Assembly: GCA_016193465.1 (NCBI GenBank)
Contig: JACPSE010000124.1
Coordinates: forward strand, 290-64,289
Source: Deltaproteobacteria bacterium
GTDB taxonomy: Bacteria; Desulfobacterota; Binatia; UBA9968
Direction of reading: 5' to 3'
DNA length: 64,000 nucleotides
Of this stretch, positions 29,461 to 39,165 are shown one piece after another. Position 1 is the first letter of the stretch. The number at the start of each line of letters is the position of its first letter. The notes under the pieces were generated by a model, which saw only the letters and a program-made list of their open reading frames with translations, searched no databases and was not told where the DNA came from. The translations under genes and the position numbers were made by a program.

Positions 29461-30486
29461 CTACATTCCCAGCATTTTTCTCATCCGCTCGACGATCTCC
29501 GCAGGCTGAGAGCTAACCTCCTTGGCTAATGCTTCCAGCTCCTCGCCGAAGGTCGCGTCAATCTCAAGTTTCTTCTTTTGCGCGTCCGCCAGGACGGCCT
29601 CGTCTTTCATAGCCTTCGCAAAGGCCTCGCGGACAATGTTCACCCGGTCAGCAGGCGTGTTCGGGGAAAGAACGTAGGGACGACCGAAGACACCCGCGGC
29701 CAGGATCAGCGTTGCCAGGCGTCTGGCAGCTTCGGGCGACTTGTATTGATCCATCAGCTCATAGATGGTCGGGACATCCGGCAGCCTTGGATCCCGCTTT
29801 CTTCCTGTCTGCATCAGCACGCGGACAAAGCCCTTCTTACGCCAGGTCGTGAAGGGCTCGCGGGCGAAGAAGGCCGTAATCGTGAAGGCGCGGCAGACAA
29901 CCTCGCCTCGCTCGACCGCTAGGTCAATGTCCTGGCCCGCCTGGTAGCCTGCGACAATGTTGAAATTCGTCCCGATGACTTGGTCCAGCAGCTTGGGAAC
30001 ATAGTACGCCGTTGAGGTCGTTCCAGTCGCGCCGCACTTCGGAGGCTCGGAAGCCTTCACGACGTCAGCCATGGACCTGTAGGGGCTATCGGCACGCATG
30101 TAGAGGAGGTGGTTCGAGGTTACCGGGCTTCCAATCCAGGCAAATTTGCTCCAATCGAAATTTACCTCTTTGCGGCCGATAACCTGATCGAAATAGAGGG
30201 CAGGGTAAATGGCCCCGATGGTCAGCCCATCAGGCTTGGCGACATTATAGACATGGTTTGCCGCAATCAGGGCGGCGGCGCCCGGCATGTTTTGGACAAT
30301 GATATTGGGGTTGCCCGGGATATTTTTGGGCAGGTGTTGCGCCAGGAGGCGCGCATACAGATCGTAAACATCACCCGCTTTGGTGCCCACAACGATCGTC
30401 ATGGTCTTGCCCTGATAGAAAGGGGTCTGCGCCTCCAGTCCAGAAGCCCAGAAGAACAACAAAAGAGCAAATGCAGTTTTCTTCAT
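29461..30486 (-). CDS. TTT-family periplasmic substrate-binding protein (TctC/Bug-like), copy 1
   Basis: Signal peptide; IVVGTKAGDVYDLYARLLAQHL...VQNMPGAAALIAANHVY..AKPDG pattern characteristic of Bug/TctC receptors. Confidence 0.65.
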   Translation of the reverse strand: MKKTAFALLLFFWASGLEAQTPFYQGKTMTIVVGTKAGDVYDLYARLLAQHLPKNIPGNPNIIVQNMPGAAALIAANHVYNVAKPDGLTIGAIYPALYFDQVIGRKEVNFDWSKFAWIGSPVTSNHLLYMRADSPYRSMADVVKASEPPKCGATGTTSTAYYVPKLLDQVIGTNFNIVAGYQAGQDIDLAVERGEVVCRAFTITAFFAREPFTTWRKKGFVRVLMQTGRKRDPRLPDVPTIYELMDQYKSPEAARRLATLILAAGVFGRPYVLSPNTPADRVNIVREAFAKAMKDEAVLADAQKKKLEIDATFGEELEALAKEVSSQPAEIVERMRKMLGM

Positions 30487-30531
30487 AATAAACTCCTTTC
30501 CGTTAGAAGAGAGCTGTTGAAAGATAGTCAA

Positions 30532-31623
30532 TTATTGGACAAACAATTTTTTGATCTGCTCGATCACCTCGGGTGGTTGGTCCATGCCCTCTTTAGCCAT
30601 GGTCTGCAGCTCTTCACCTTTCGTCGGGCTCACTTCTACTCGTCCCTTTTTCGCCTCGGCTACAAGGTCGGGGTCTTTCGTTGCCTTTTCGTAGGCTTCC
30701 CGCAGGATCTTAACCCGGTCCGGCGGCGTGCCCGGAGGGGCCAGAAGTGAGCGGGCCCATTCGCCGCCTAACAACATGGCTTGAGCGACACGACGGCTGG
30801 TGGCGGCGGTCTTGTATTCGTTCATGAGTTCGAAAATGGTGGGGGCGTCAGGGACGCGGCGATTCCTCTTGCGCCCACTCTGGGCGAGGAATCGAACAAA
30901 GCCTTTTTTTTGCCAGCTCAAAAAAGGCTCCCGGGTAAAGTAAGTGGAGACTGTCAATCCCATGCATATGACCTCGCCCCTTTCCATTGCCAGGGCGATC
31001 TCGCTGCTGCCTGGATAGCCCACTACGTTATCTATCTTTGCCCCTATGGTCTCCTCCAAGATTCTAGACATGACGTAGTCCGAGCTGCCAACGCCTGTCG
31101 AGCCGCACTTGGGCGGCTCCTTGGACTTGACGACATCTCCAATGGACTTATAGGGCGCATCGGCTCGCATGAATATCATCATATCGTCATTTTCCAATGA
31201 GCCGATCCAGTGGAACTTGAGAAGATCAAACTTGACCTCTTTATGCCCCGCAAGCTGGCTCAAGTAAACGTTGTTATGGGGCGTCAGGAGAGTTAAGCCA
31301 TCGGGCGTGGCCACTCCGTAGACGTAGTTGGCCGCGATCACGGATCCGGCGCCTGGCATGTTCTGGACAATCATCTCCGGGTTGCCGGGGATATATTTTC
31401 CCAAGTGGCGCGAGACAATCCGGGCTGCCCGGTCATAACCTCCGCCGGCGCTGAGGCCAACAACGATCCGAATTGTCTTGCCCTTATAGAAGGGTTCTTG
31501 GGCGCAGGCCGAAGTGACGGTTGAAAGGTTAAAATAAAGGCTTAAAGGGATGAAGAGATAAAGGGTTAAAGGGATTAAACCCTTGAACCCTGAGACCCTT
31601 AAACGCTTAAACTTACGCAGCAT
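30532..31623 (-). CDS. TTT-family periplasmic substrate-binding protein (TctC/Bug-like), copy 2; N-terminal signal region encoded by repeat sequence
   Basis: IRIVVGLSAGGGYDRAARIVSRHL...QNMPGAGSVIAANYVY; paralog of copy 1; first about 30 codons overlap the aagggtt repeat. Confidence 0.65.
   Translation of the reverse strand: MLRKFKRLRVSGFKGLIPLTLYLFIPLSLYFNLSTVTSACAQEPFYKGKTIRIVVGLSAGGGYDRAARIVSRHLGKYIPGNPEMIVQNMPGAGSVIAANYVYGVATPDGLTLLTPHNNVYLSQLAGHKEVKFDLLKFHWIGSLENDDMMIFMRADAPYKSIGDVVKSKEPPKCGSTGVGSSDYVMSRILEETIGAKIDNVVGYPGSSEIALAMERGEVICMGLTVSTYFTREPFLSWQKKGFVRFLAQSGRKRNRRVPDAPTIFELMNEYKTAATSRRVAQAMLLGGEWARSLLAPPGTPPDRVKILREAYEKATKDPDLVAEAKKGRVEVSPTKGEELQTMAKEGMDQPPEVIEQIKKLFVQ
31523..31615. 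repeat. aagggtt-type short repeat cluster, copy 1 (related copy at 41515..41565)
   Basis: ttaaagggatgaagagataaagggttaaagggattaaacccttgaaccctgagacccttaaacgcttaaac with internal inverted symmetry. Confidence 0.55.
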
Positions 31624-31646
31624 AAAGCCCTCCAGTCATTGAGTTA

Positions 31647-32135
31647 TTATAAACCTAACCAAACGAATAGTTGCCCTTCCGGAAAGGGGAGGTGGAGCAG
31701 CCAATCAAAAAGTCCCCAGAACAGGAACCACGCGGCCCCGGTAAGCAGAAGAGATAATCCCCATCTCTCACCCGATTGAACCTTCAAATAGAGGAAGACA
31801 AACGCCGGGATGGTAATCTTGAAACCGAGGAGCCAGATGCCGGCAAAAAGCCCGAAAATCCAGGAGAAGATGTTAATTGCCCGGCGCCGGGCGAGAGCAG
31901 GGTCGGTACCCCGCGTGAACTGGAAATCAACCGGGGCGGCGGATGGCTGGCTTGATGGCTTCTTCTTCCCCTTCAACTCCCAGATCATGTGCACGACCGA
32001 CAGCGCCAGCATCGGGATGCCAACCGCCCACGGGTAGAGGCGCGCCTGCAGACGCCAGTCTATGGCTTCGTACACGAAGACCAAGAAGAAAATGATAATC
32101 AGCAGATCAAAAAGAAGCTGGGGCCTAAGCTTCAT
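31647..32135 (-). CDS. tctB: Tripartite tricarboxylate transporter small subunit TctB
   Basis: About 160 aa, four TM helices, position at head of tctB-tctC-tctC-tctA array. Confidence 0.6.
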   Translation of the reverse strand: MKLRPQLLFDLLIIIFFLVFVYEAIDWRLQARLYPWAVGIPMLALSVVHMIWELKGKKKPSSQPSAAPVDFQFTRGTDPALARRRAINIFSWIFGLFAGIWLLGFKITIPAFVFLYLKVQSGERWGLSLLLTGAAWFLFWGLFDWLLHLPFPEGQLFVWLGL

Positions 32136-32276
32136 GGCTTCCTTCCTCATACCGGATGTTATCTCCGCTTATCACAGGGCGGTTTAGAAGGTCAATGTCT
32201 GCTTTTAGGCCCTTTCATTTTTTTGCAGACATGGTAAGACAGGGTTAAAATAATACCCATTAAGGAAGGAGTTTCC

Positions 32277-33095
32277 ATGTCAGACTATAAAACGATTTTG
32301 GTGGAGAAAAAAGAGGGCGTTGCCACTATTACCTTCAACCGCCCAAAAGTTAAAAATTGCATGAATCCTCAGATGCACCTGGATATGGTAGACGCCCTTA
32401 CGGAATTGGAGGACGACGATGAGGTGAGGGTGTTGGTGCTAACCGGAGCAGGGGACAGCTTCTGCGCCGGGCAGGATCTCAAGGAGTATTTCTACGAGAT
32501 CGACGACAACCCCAAGGCGCGAAGAAGGGCGCGGGAGGCGGCGACCACGTGGCGCAGCCATAAACTCAGGCTTTTTCCCAAGCCGACCCTCGGGGCAGTG
32601 AACGGCTGGTGTTTTGGCGGCGCCTTTTCCATCGTCGCCGCCTGCGATATTGTGATCGCCGCGGATGAGGCGGTCTTTGGCTTGAGCGAGGTCAATTTTG
32701 GCAAGTTCCCCGGCGGGATGGTCACCAAGGATGTCAATGATATGTTCCATCCCCGCGACGCCCTCTTCTATATTTTCACCGGGCGCAAATTCGACGGCAA
32801 ACAGGCAGCGGCGATGAAATTTGTTAATTATTCAGTTCCGAGAGAAAAGCTGATGGGTGAGGTTTACGCTCTGGCGGACGAACTCAAGGCCAAACATCCG
32901 GAGGTCTTGCGTATTGCCAAGGAGGCGTACAAATACGGGAAACGGTTTAACTACGAAGAGGCGTACGCGTTTTCGACTGCCAAGACAAGAGAGCTAGACT
33001 ATGTGGCAGGGAAAACATGGAAGCAGGGATTCACCCAGTTTAAAAAAAGGGAGATGAAGCCAGGGCTGGGAACGTACAAGTGGGATAAAGAATAA
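32277..33095 (+). CDS. Crotonase-fold enoyl-CoA hydratase/lyase, hydroxycinnamoyl-CoA hydratase-lyase (HCHL)-like, copy 1
   Basis: ITFNRPKVKNCMNP, LTGAGDSFCAGQDLKEYF, GWCFGGAFSIVAACD; C-terminal ..KQGFTQF..KPGLGTYK resembles HCHL tail. Confidence 0.75.
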   Translation: MSDYKTILVEKKEGVATITFNRPKVKNCMNPQMHLDMVDALTELEDDDEVRVLVLTGAGDSFCAGQDLKEYFYEIDDNPKARRRAREAATTWRSHKLRLFPKPTLGAVNGWCFGGAFSIVAACDIVIAADEAVFGLSEVNFGKFPGGMVTKDVNDMFHPRDALFYIFTGRKFDGKQAAAMKFVNYSVPREKLMGEVYALADELKAKHPEVLRIAKEAYKYGKRFNYEEAYAFSTAKTRELDYVAGKTWKQGFTQFKKREMKPGLGTYKWDKE

Positions 33096-33112
33096 TTAGG
33101 GAGGTAAAGAAA

Positions 33113-33940
33113 ATGACAAAATCTTATCAAACGGTGAAGGTCGAAAAGGACAATGGGATCACGTGGGTGATCCTGAATCGTCCGGAAAAACGCAACGCCA
33201 TGAGCCCGCAGCTCCATTACGATATGCTGGATGCGATTAACGAGCTGGAAACCGACAATGAGACCAGGGTATTGGTCCTGACCGGGGCCGGCGAGAGCTG
33301 GTGCGCGGGGCAGGACCTGAAGGAATATTTTCGCGCGCTGGACAACAATCCGGCCGAGCGGCGTCGCGCCAATTGGGCCTCGCAGGAGTGGCGCTGGCGG
33401 CGGCTGTTCACCTTTCCCAAGCCGACCATCGCCATGGTCAACGGTTACTGCTTCGGCGGGGCTTTTACCCCGCTCATTGCCTGCGATTTTGCGATCGCTG
33501 CGGAGGATGCGGTTTTCGGACTGAGCGAGATCAACTGGGGAATCTTTCCGGGCGGGCTGGTCAGCCGCGTGTTGGCCGATGCCCTGTGCTATCGGGACGC
33601 CGTGTACTACATCATGACGGGCGATCCCTTTGACGGAAAGAAAGCGGCAGAGATGAAGCTGGTGAACTTCGCCGTTCCGCGCGCGCAGTTGCGGGAAGAG
33701 ACAATCAAATTGGCAAAAAAACTTATGGAGAAGAACCCCCATGCCCTGCGCGCGGCGAAGGAGGTCTACAAGCTATGCCGGACCATGGACTATTCGCAGG
33801 CTGAAGACTATATGGGGGCAAAGAGCACGGCATTGCGGGCGACGGATCCGGAGAAAGGTCGTGAGGAGGGAACCAAACAATTTCTCGATGACAAGACCTA
33901 TCGTCCTGGTTTCGGAGCCTATGGGCGGAAAAAGGGATAA
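33113..33940 (+). CDS. Crotonase-fold enoyl-CoA hydratase/lyase, HCHL-like, copy 2
   Basis: ILNRPEKRNAMSPQL, LTGAGESWCAGQDLKEYF, SEINWGIFPGG, KQFLDDKTYRPGFGAY - closely patterned on 4-hydroxycinnamoyl-CoA hydratase/lyase. Confidence 0.8.
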   Translation: MTKSYQTVKVEKDNGITWVILNRPEKRNAMSPQLHYDMLDAINELETDNETRVLVLTGAGESWCAGQDLKEYFRALDNNPAERRRANWASQEWRWRRLFTFPKPTIAMVNGYCFGGAFTPLIACDFAIAAEDAVFGLSEINWGIFPGGLVSRVLADALCYRDAVYYIMTGDPFDGKKAAEMKLVNFAVPRAQLREETIKLAKKLMEKNPHALRAAKEVYKLCRTMDYSQAEDYMGAKSTALRATDPEKGREEGTKQFLDDKTYRPGFGAYGRKKG

Positions 33941-33966
33941 GCTTCTCAAAACTCAAAATTGATTGG

Positions 33967-34968
33967 ATGGACACTTCTACTCGTAGACTTATATCGGCCA
34001 TCCTGTTTTTAGTACTGGCCCTTATTGCCGGGCTTTTGGGCTATCAAATCATTGAAGGATGGAACTTCTCCGATTCTCTCTACATGACTGTCATCACATT
34101 GGCCACGGTTGGGTACGGAGAGACCAACCCGCTGACGCCGACCGGCAGGGTTTTTACAATGTTTCTGATCATGGTTGGGGTGGGGGCTTTGACCTATGGA
34201 CTCACCGCAGCCACAGCCTTTGTGGTTGAGGGCACTCTTACGGATATGATCGGGAGGAGAAGAATGGAGGCAGAGATCAATAAGCTTAAAGACCACATCA
34301 TCCTTTGCGGGATCGGGGAAATCGGAAGGCATATCGTGCGGGAGTTTCTCAAGACCCAGATCCCGTTTATCGTAATCGAGAAGGATGAGGAGAGGCTCAA
34401 GCAGATGGGGAAAATCGGTGGCTTTCTCTACATCGAAGGGGATGCCACTGACGATCATGTCCTGCTGCGGGCTCGAATTGGTGAGGCTAGGGGACTGGTA
34501 ACTGCGCTACCGCAGGACCGGGACAACGTCTTTGTCATCCTCACGGCCCGCGGACTGAATCCGAACCTGAGGATTGTCTCAAGGGTTGTTGAGGAGGAGT
34601 CGCGGGTCAAGCTGGTCAAAGCAGGAGCTGATGATACGGTATCGACGAACTTCATCGGCGGATTGAGGATGGCCTCGGTTATGATCCGTCCTACCGTGGT
34701 CTCTTTCCTGGACAAGATGCTGCGGGCGGGTGGCGATGATGTGAGGGTTGCAGAGGCGAAGGTTCCTCCAGACTCAGCTATCGTGGGGCGCAGCCTCGGG
34801 GAAGCGGGGATTTACAAGGAGACCGGTCTTATCGTGATTGGCATTGCCCGGGGTGAGTCCTATGAGTTGAATCCCGGGCCGGATACCCGGCTCCTGGGAG
34901 GGGACGGGCTTATTGTCTGCTGCTCGGTGGAGCAGTTGAAAAAACTAAACGACTTGGTCGCTGCCTAG
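33967..34968 (+). CDS. Two-TM potassium channel with RCK (TrkA-N/TrkA-C) domains, MthK-like
   Basis: Pore helix + selectivity filter TVGYGE; Rossmann GxGxxG (ILCGIGEIG) and C-terminal TrkA-C. Confidence 0.8.
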   Translation: MDTSTRRLISAILFLVLALIAGLLGYQIIEGWNFSDSLYMTVITLATVGYGETNPLTPTGRVFTMFLIMVGVGALTYGLTAATAFVVEGTLTDMIGRRRMEAEINKLKDHIILCGIGEIGRHIVREFLKTQIPFIVIEKDEERLKQMGKIGGFLYIEGDATDDHVLLRARIGEARGLVTALPQDRDNVFVILTARGLNPNLRIVSRVVEEESRVKLVKAGADDTVSTNFIGGLRMASVMIRPTVVSFLDKMLRAGGDDVRVAEAKVPPDSAIVGRSLGEAGIYKETGLIVIGIARGESYELNPGPDTRLLGGDGLIVCCSVEQLKKLNDLVAA

Positions 34969-35741
34969 TCATTCACGCGCTTGCAGGCGGAGATTAACGA
35001 AGCAAATATTTTTCTCTGAAGAACGTCCCTCTCAGTCAAGAACTCAGGGTGCCACTGGACTCCCAGTACGAAAAAGTGTCTAGTGCTCTCAATGCCCTCA
35101 ATGACGCCATCTTCAGCCGTTGCATTGACGATCAACCCCCTCCCCAGTTTTTTTACCGCCTGATGATGGGTGGTGTTGACCTCGAGTTTTTCCTGTTTCA
35201 CGATCAGCTTGAGTTTCGTCCCGTCGTGGACTGTTATTTTATGGCCGCCTATCTCTTTGAGTTTTCCCTGCTGATGCTGGCCCGCCTCGGGAAGCTGGCT
35301 GGCAATATCCTGGTACAGGGAGCCCCCGAGGGCGACGTTGATCGCCTGCGCGCCGCCGCACACGCCTAGTAGCGGAAGGTCCCTTTCCAGGGCCAAGGAT
35401 ATCAGTCCCAGCTCGAATTGGGTCCGTTCTTCCTTGATCTCTCCCAGTTTGTTTGTCGCTTCCTCACCGTAGAGTCTGGGGTGGATGTCGAAGTTTCCTC
35501 CGCTGACTAAGATGCCATCCAGGCGGTCTGCCATTTGCCGCAGAAGGGTTGAGGAAGAACTGATAGGTAGAATCAGAGGAACACCTCCAGCCTCCTGAAT
35601 CGCGCGTGCGTAGCGCTGCTGCAAAACAATCAACAGCTTCCCTCCGTTACCAGCGGCGCGTGACGGGCTTCTGCCGGTATCCGGGGTGATTCCGATCAGG
35701 GGCGCCTCAGTCCGAGGAGGTTTTTTCGTTCCTGGTATCAT
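34965..35741 (-). CDS. Class I glutamine amidotransferase / peptidase C26 (gamma-glutamyl-GABA hydrolase PuuD-like)
   Basis: LLGVCGGAQAINVALGGSLYQDI catalytic Cys, HH...W(H)PE motif; start uncertain (MIPG chosen; ORF extends to 35834). Confidence 0.65.
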   Translation of the reverse strand: MIPGTKKPPRTEAPLIGITPDTGRSPSRAAGNGGKLLIVLQQRYARAIQEAGGVPLILPISSSSTLLRQMADRLDGILVSGGNFDIHPRLYGEEATNKLGEIKEERTQFELGLISLALERDLPLLGVCGGAQAINVALGGSLYQDIASQLPEAGQHQQGKLKEIGGHKITVHDGTKLKLIVKQEKLEVNTTHHQAVKKLGRGLIVNATAEDGVIEGIESTRHFFVLGVQWHPEFLTERDVLQRKIFASLISACKRVND

Positions 35742-37767
35742 AGATCTTCCGGTAGATGCGGTGGTTGCGCAGCACGAGCTTAACATAGAGGCGGGTCTCT
35801 CTGTAGGGGATCCTCTCGATGAACTCGTCTTCATCCTCCGCCGTGATCTGTTTTTCCCAGCGGGCTACAGCGTTCTCTCCCGCATTGTAGGCGGCGATCG
35901 CTTTGACAAGGTTATTCGAGTAACGCTGGAGCAGCTCTCTCAAGTAATGAGTGCCAAGCGTCAGGTTGATGTCCGGCTCAAAAAGCTCTTCACGCTGCGG
36001 TGGAGGGACTCCCAATTGTTCGGCAGCACGAGCTGCAGTGGAAGGGAGAAGCTGCATCAGGCCAAAGGCTGAGGCCGGGGAGAGCGCCTTGGGATCGAAA
36101 ATGCTCTCCTGCCGAATCAAGGCCACTACGAGATAGGGATCGAGGGCCCTAACTTCGGTGATCTTCTGGATCGTCTCCCAAAAGGCTAAGGGATAACGGT
36201 AGCGGTTCAGCTCGTCTGAGGTAAGGGGGATTTGGTTCGCCAGGGCTACGCTGCGGGCGTAGGCGCTATTGCGGGCATATTCGCGCATCAGCGTGAGTTT
36301 TAACGGGAGGTCGTCATCGCCCGAGTTTCGGACCTCGTCCAGCTCGGCCACAGCCAACTGGTTCAGGGAGATCTCAGCCAGTTCCCGGGCACGGGAAAGG
36401 TGAAAAGAACGGTCTGGGCTAAGGGGGGGGAGCGCTTCAGGGAAGAGGATCGAGCTTGCCCTCTTTTTCTCCTCGACAGCAGCGCCCATTGTTTCCAGCC
36501 ATTTTGCGGCCGGGCCCTTATAGTAGCTGTCCTCCCGTGCGTTCAGGATCTGGGAAAAAAGCTGTTTCGCTTCCTCAGAAAGGCCCATCTTTTGGGCGCT
36601 ACGGGCCTGCCAGTAAAGAGCTGCGGCTTTGTAACGCCCGTCAACTTTATCTGCAACAAGGCGATTGAGCGCGCTGTAGGCACGCTTGTAATCGGCCTGG
36701 AGGTAGTGGAGCCAGGCGAGTCTCCACTGCGCCTCCTCGCGCATTGGGCTGTCCGGGAACCTCTTGGAAAAGTCTCGATAGAGGCGCAGGGCATCCCATT
36801 GTCTGCCCAGCGATTCGTAGATGCGCGCCGAGGCGAGATGGGCAAGATCGTTGAAGAAACTTTGCGGATAACGATCGCGCAGTTGCTTAAAGTGGTCAAG
36901 CGCTTTTACGTTTTCATCTCGGTTCCAGTAGCTCTCGGCCAGCCGGTAGAGAGCGGCCGGGGCTTGAGAACTGGAGGAATGTGCTTTGAAGATTTCGGAC
37001 AGCACAGGTATGGCCTCTTCCCTTTTGCGGGCTGACCGGTAGACGTTGGCGAGCCTCATGAGGAAATATGGCCGAAGAGGACCTTTGGGAACTTGATCCA
37101 GAATTTGGCGGTAACCCTTTTCCGCCTCGGCGTATTCCCGTTCCCGCGATAAGAGTTCTGCCTCCTCGGCGAGGGCATCGACCCTACCCAGGCGGAAGAG
37201 TTCGGGGTGCTTCCCCCTCAACCTCTTGATCTCGTTTCTCGCCCTCGCGGCCCACGGCGAAAGCGGCGAGGTGCGCCGCAGCTCCTGATATCGGGAGTAT
37301 GCCTGCTTCAACTCCCCGAGGGCCTCATGAGTCCGGGCAGTGAGAAACAGGGTCTCTTCAGCAATCTCCTTCTTTAGGCTGCGATTTGTGAGCGCGCGCA
37401 GCTCTCCCAAGGCCTGGTCGTTTTTATTCTCCGCCAGAGAGATTTTGGCTAGGTGGAGCTCCGCGTGGGCAACCCAGGTGCTTAGGGGAAATTGCTGCTT
37501 GAGTTTGGCGAAATGGGCGCGGCCACTTTCCAACTCGCCGCGCGAGACGGCGATGGCGCCGGAGAAATAGAGGCTATAATCCTCCAGGAGAAAATTGCTG
37601 TCCAGGGTCTTCTGGAAGAGATCCTCAGCCTGCGCGAGATTTCCTTCTGCGAATAAGGCATAGGCCTTGGAAAAGAGCTCCCGGGATTCCTGTTCTTGCG
37701 AATAAACTGAAGGGGGACCGGCGGCGAAGAATAAACACAGAAGAATAACGGCGAGGTTTTTCATCTC
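35707..37767 (-). CDS. Soluble lytic murein transglycosylase (Slt70-like: TPR/superhelical domain + lysozyme-like domain)
   Basis: Signal peptide, long helical repeat region, C-terminal ESIFDPKALSPASAFGLMQLLPSTA...AYNAGENAV transglycosylase SLT motifs. Confidence 0.8.
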   Translation of the reverse strand, partial: EMKNLAVILLCLFFAAGPPSVYSQEQESRELFSKAYALFAEGNLAQAEDLFQKTLDSNFLLEDYSLYFSGAIAVSRGELESGRAHFAKLKQQFPLSTWVAHAELHLAKISLAENKNDQALGELRALTNRSLKKEIAEETLFLTARTHEALGELKQAYSRYQELRRTSPLSPWAARARNEIKRLRGKHPELFRLGRVDALAEEAELLSREREYAEAEKGYRQILDQVPKGPLRPYFLMRLANVYRSARKREEAIPVLSEIFKAHSSSSQAPAALYRLAESYWNRDENVKALDHFKQLRDRYPQSFFNDLAHLASARIYESLGRQWDALRLYRDFSKRFPDSPMREEAQWRLAWLHYLQADYKRAYSALNRLVADKVDGRYKAAALYWQARSAQKMGLSEEAKQLFSQILNAREDSYYKGPAAKWLETMGAAVEEKKRASSILFPEALPPLSPDRSFHLSRARELAEISLNQLAVAELDEVRNSGDDDLPLKLTLMREYARNSAYARSVALANQIPLTSDELNRYRYPLAFWETIQKITEVRALDPYLVVALIRQESIFDPKALSPASAFGLMQLLPSTAARAAEQLGVPPPQREELFEPDINLTLGTHYLRELLQRYSNNLVKAIAAYNAGENAVARWEKQITAEDEDEFIERIPYRETRLYVKLVLRNHRIYRKIYDTRNEKTSSD

Positions 37768-37948
37768 TGGGGGAAAGTTTAACGAAGGAAAGGCGAATAG
37801 GCAACAGACAGGTTGCGGGGCTGCTCGGGTCTCTGCTAAGGAAAAGGAATAACGGCAGGATAGAAGCAAGCCCATGCGCCGTCCGGCGCCGTCATAGAGC
37901 AGGGAGGTAGGAACGATTTGAGATTAAATATTTAAGGAGGGAAATCTT

Positions 37949-38380
37949 TTGAAAATCGAGGGCAGTTATATTTTTAAGGCCCCCAGGGAGAAAGTCTGGG
38001 AGGTGTTGTTGGATCCGGAAATGATAGCCCAGTGCATGCCGGGATGCGAGGGACTCAAGGAGGTCGGGCCGGATCAGTATGAGGCGACAATGAAGATCGG
38101 CGTCGCGTCGGTTAAGGGCACTTATAAAGGGAAGGTGTCTATAAGAGAGAAACAGGCGCCTTCCCACTACGTCCTCAGCGGTGAAGGTTCGGGAAGTCCT
38201 GGCTTCATGCAGGGCGACATGAGCGTTGATCTCGAAGAAAAAAACGGCGAAACCATCCTGAAATACAGTGCTGACACGAAAATCGGCGGATTGATCGCCG
38301 GGGTGGGGCAGCGAATGCTCGGCGGAATAGCGAAGATGATGGCGGATCAGTTCTTCAAGAAGATGGAGAGTTTAGTCTGA
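37949..38380 (+). CDS. SRPBCC-fold protein, CoxG (carbon monoxide dehydrogenase subunit G)-like
   Basis: MKIEGSYIFKAPREKVWEVLLDPEMIAQCMPGCE typical CoxG N-terminus; 143 aa. Confidence 0.7.
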   Translation: MKIEGSYIFKAPREKVWEVLLDPEMIAQCMPGCEGLKEVGPDQYEATMKIGVASVKGTYKGKVSIREKQAPSHYVLSGEGSGSPGFMQGDMSVDLEEKNGETILKYSADTKIGGLIAGVGQRMLGGIAKMMADQFFKKMESLV

Positions 38381-39161
38381 TCAGGTGGAGACGTGGGTCG
38401 ATGGGCACGCCGTTGACGCGCACTTCGTAATGGAGGTGGGGGCTTGTGGTTTTTCCCGTATTCCCGCTCGCCGCGATCCGTTGACCCTTACGGACCCGAT
38501 CTCCCTTTTTGACGTTGGCCTTGGATAGATGCGCGTACTGCGTCGTAATGCCCTGACCGTGGCTCAAGACGACAGCGAGGCCGTTGCCGTTGCTCACCCC
38601 GACTGCTTCCACGACACCGTCCCCTGGAGCGTAGACCGGCGTTCCTATAGGGTTCGGGATGTCGAGCCCGGAGTGAAAATCGGGTTTTCCCGTCCAGGGA
38701 GAAAGACGTGTCCCGACCCCAGAAGTTACCCGTCCACTGACGGGCATGGCAGAAGGGATAGAGGCGATAAGACCCTGGAGGTCGCCTTGGAGCGCCGCAA
38801 GACTTTTTTCCAACTCTTTTATGGCCTGGTGACCATTAAAAGAAGATCTGTTTTGGGACGGAAGGGAGGCATGGACTCCTTGCTGCAGCCCTTTCCAATT
38901 GGCGAGAAGGAGCTGGAGATTCTTGGTCTGATCCTCCAAGAGCGAGAGTTGTTCTCGCTGGGCCAGGGCCTCCATTCGGAGCTCCTTAAGCTCTCTTTTT
39001 TGCATTTTCATCCACACATAGTCGCCCATTAGCCACGCGCCGATAGCCAGCAGAAAAACTCCTGCGGAGACAAGGCAACGAATCGAGTTTTGCGATAAGA
39101 TGAGGCGCCGCATCTGCGTTCCGCGCCATGGGAGAATAAGGATCGAGTACCTCTTGTCCAT
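38355..39161 (-). CDS. M23 family metallopeptidase (LytM/NlpD/EnvC-like) with N-terminal TM and coiled coil
   Basis: HSGLDI...G..V.A.GDG.V and HLHYEV zinc-ligand motifs; start ambiguous (39188/39161/39113). Confidence 0.75.
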   Translation of the reverse strand: MDKRYSILILPWRGTQMRRLILSQNSIRCLVSAGVFLLAIGAWLMGDYVWMKMQKRELKELRMEALAQREQLSLLEDQTKNLQLLLANWKGLQQGVHASLPSQNRSSFNGHQAIKELEKSLAALQGDLQGLIASIPSAMPVSGRVTSGVGTRLSPWTGKPDFHSGLDIPNPIGTPVYAPGDGVVEAVGVSNGNGLAVVLSHGQGITTQYAHLSKANVKKGDRVRKGQRIAASGNTGKTTSPHLHYEVRVNGVPIDPRLHLIRLNSPSS

Positions 39162-39165
39162 AGGA

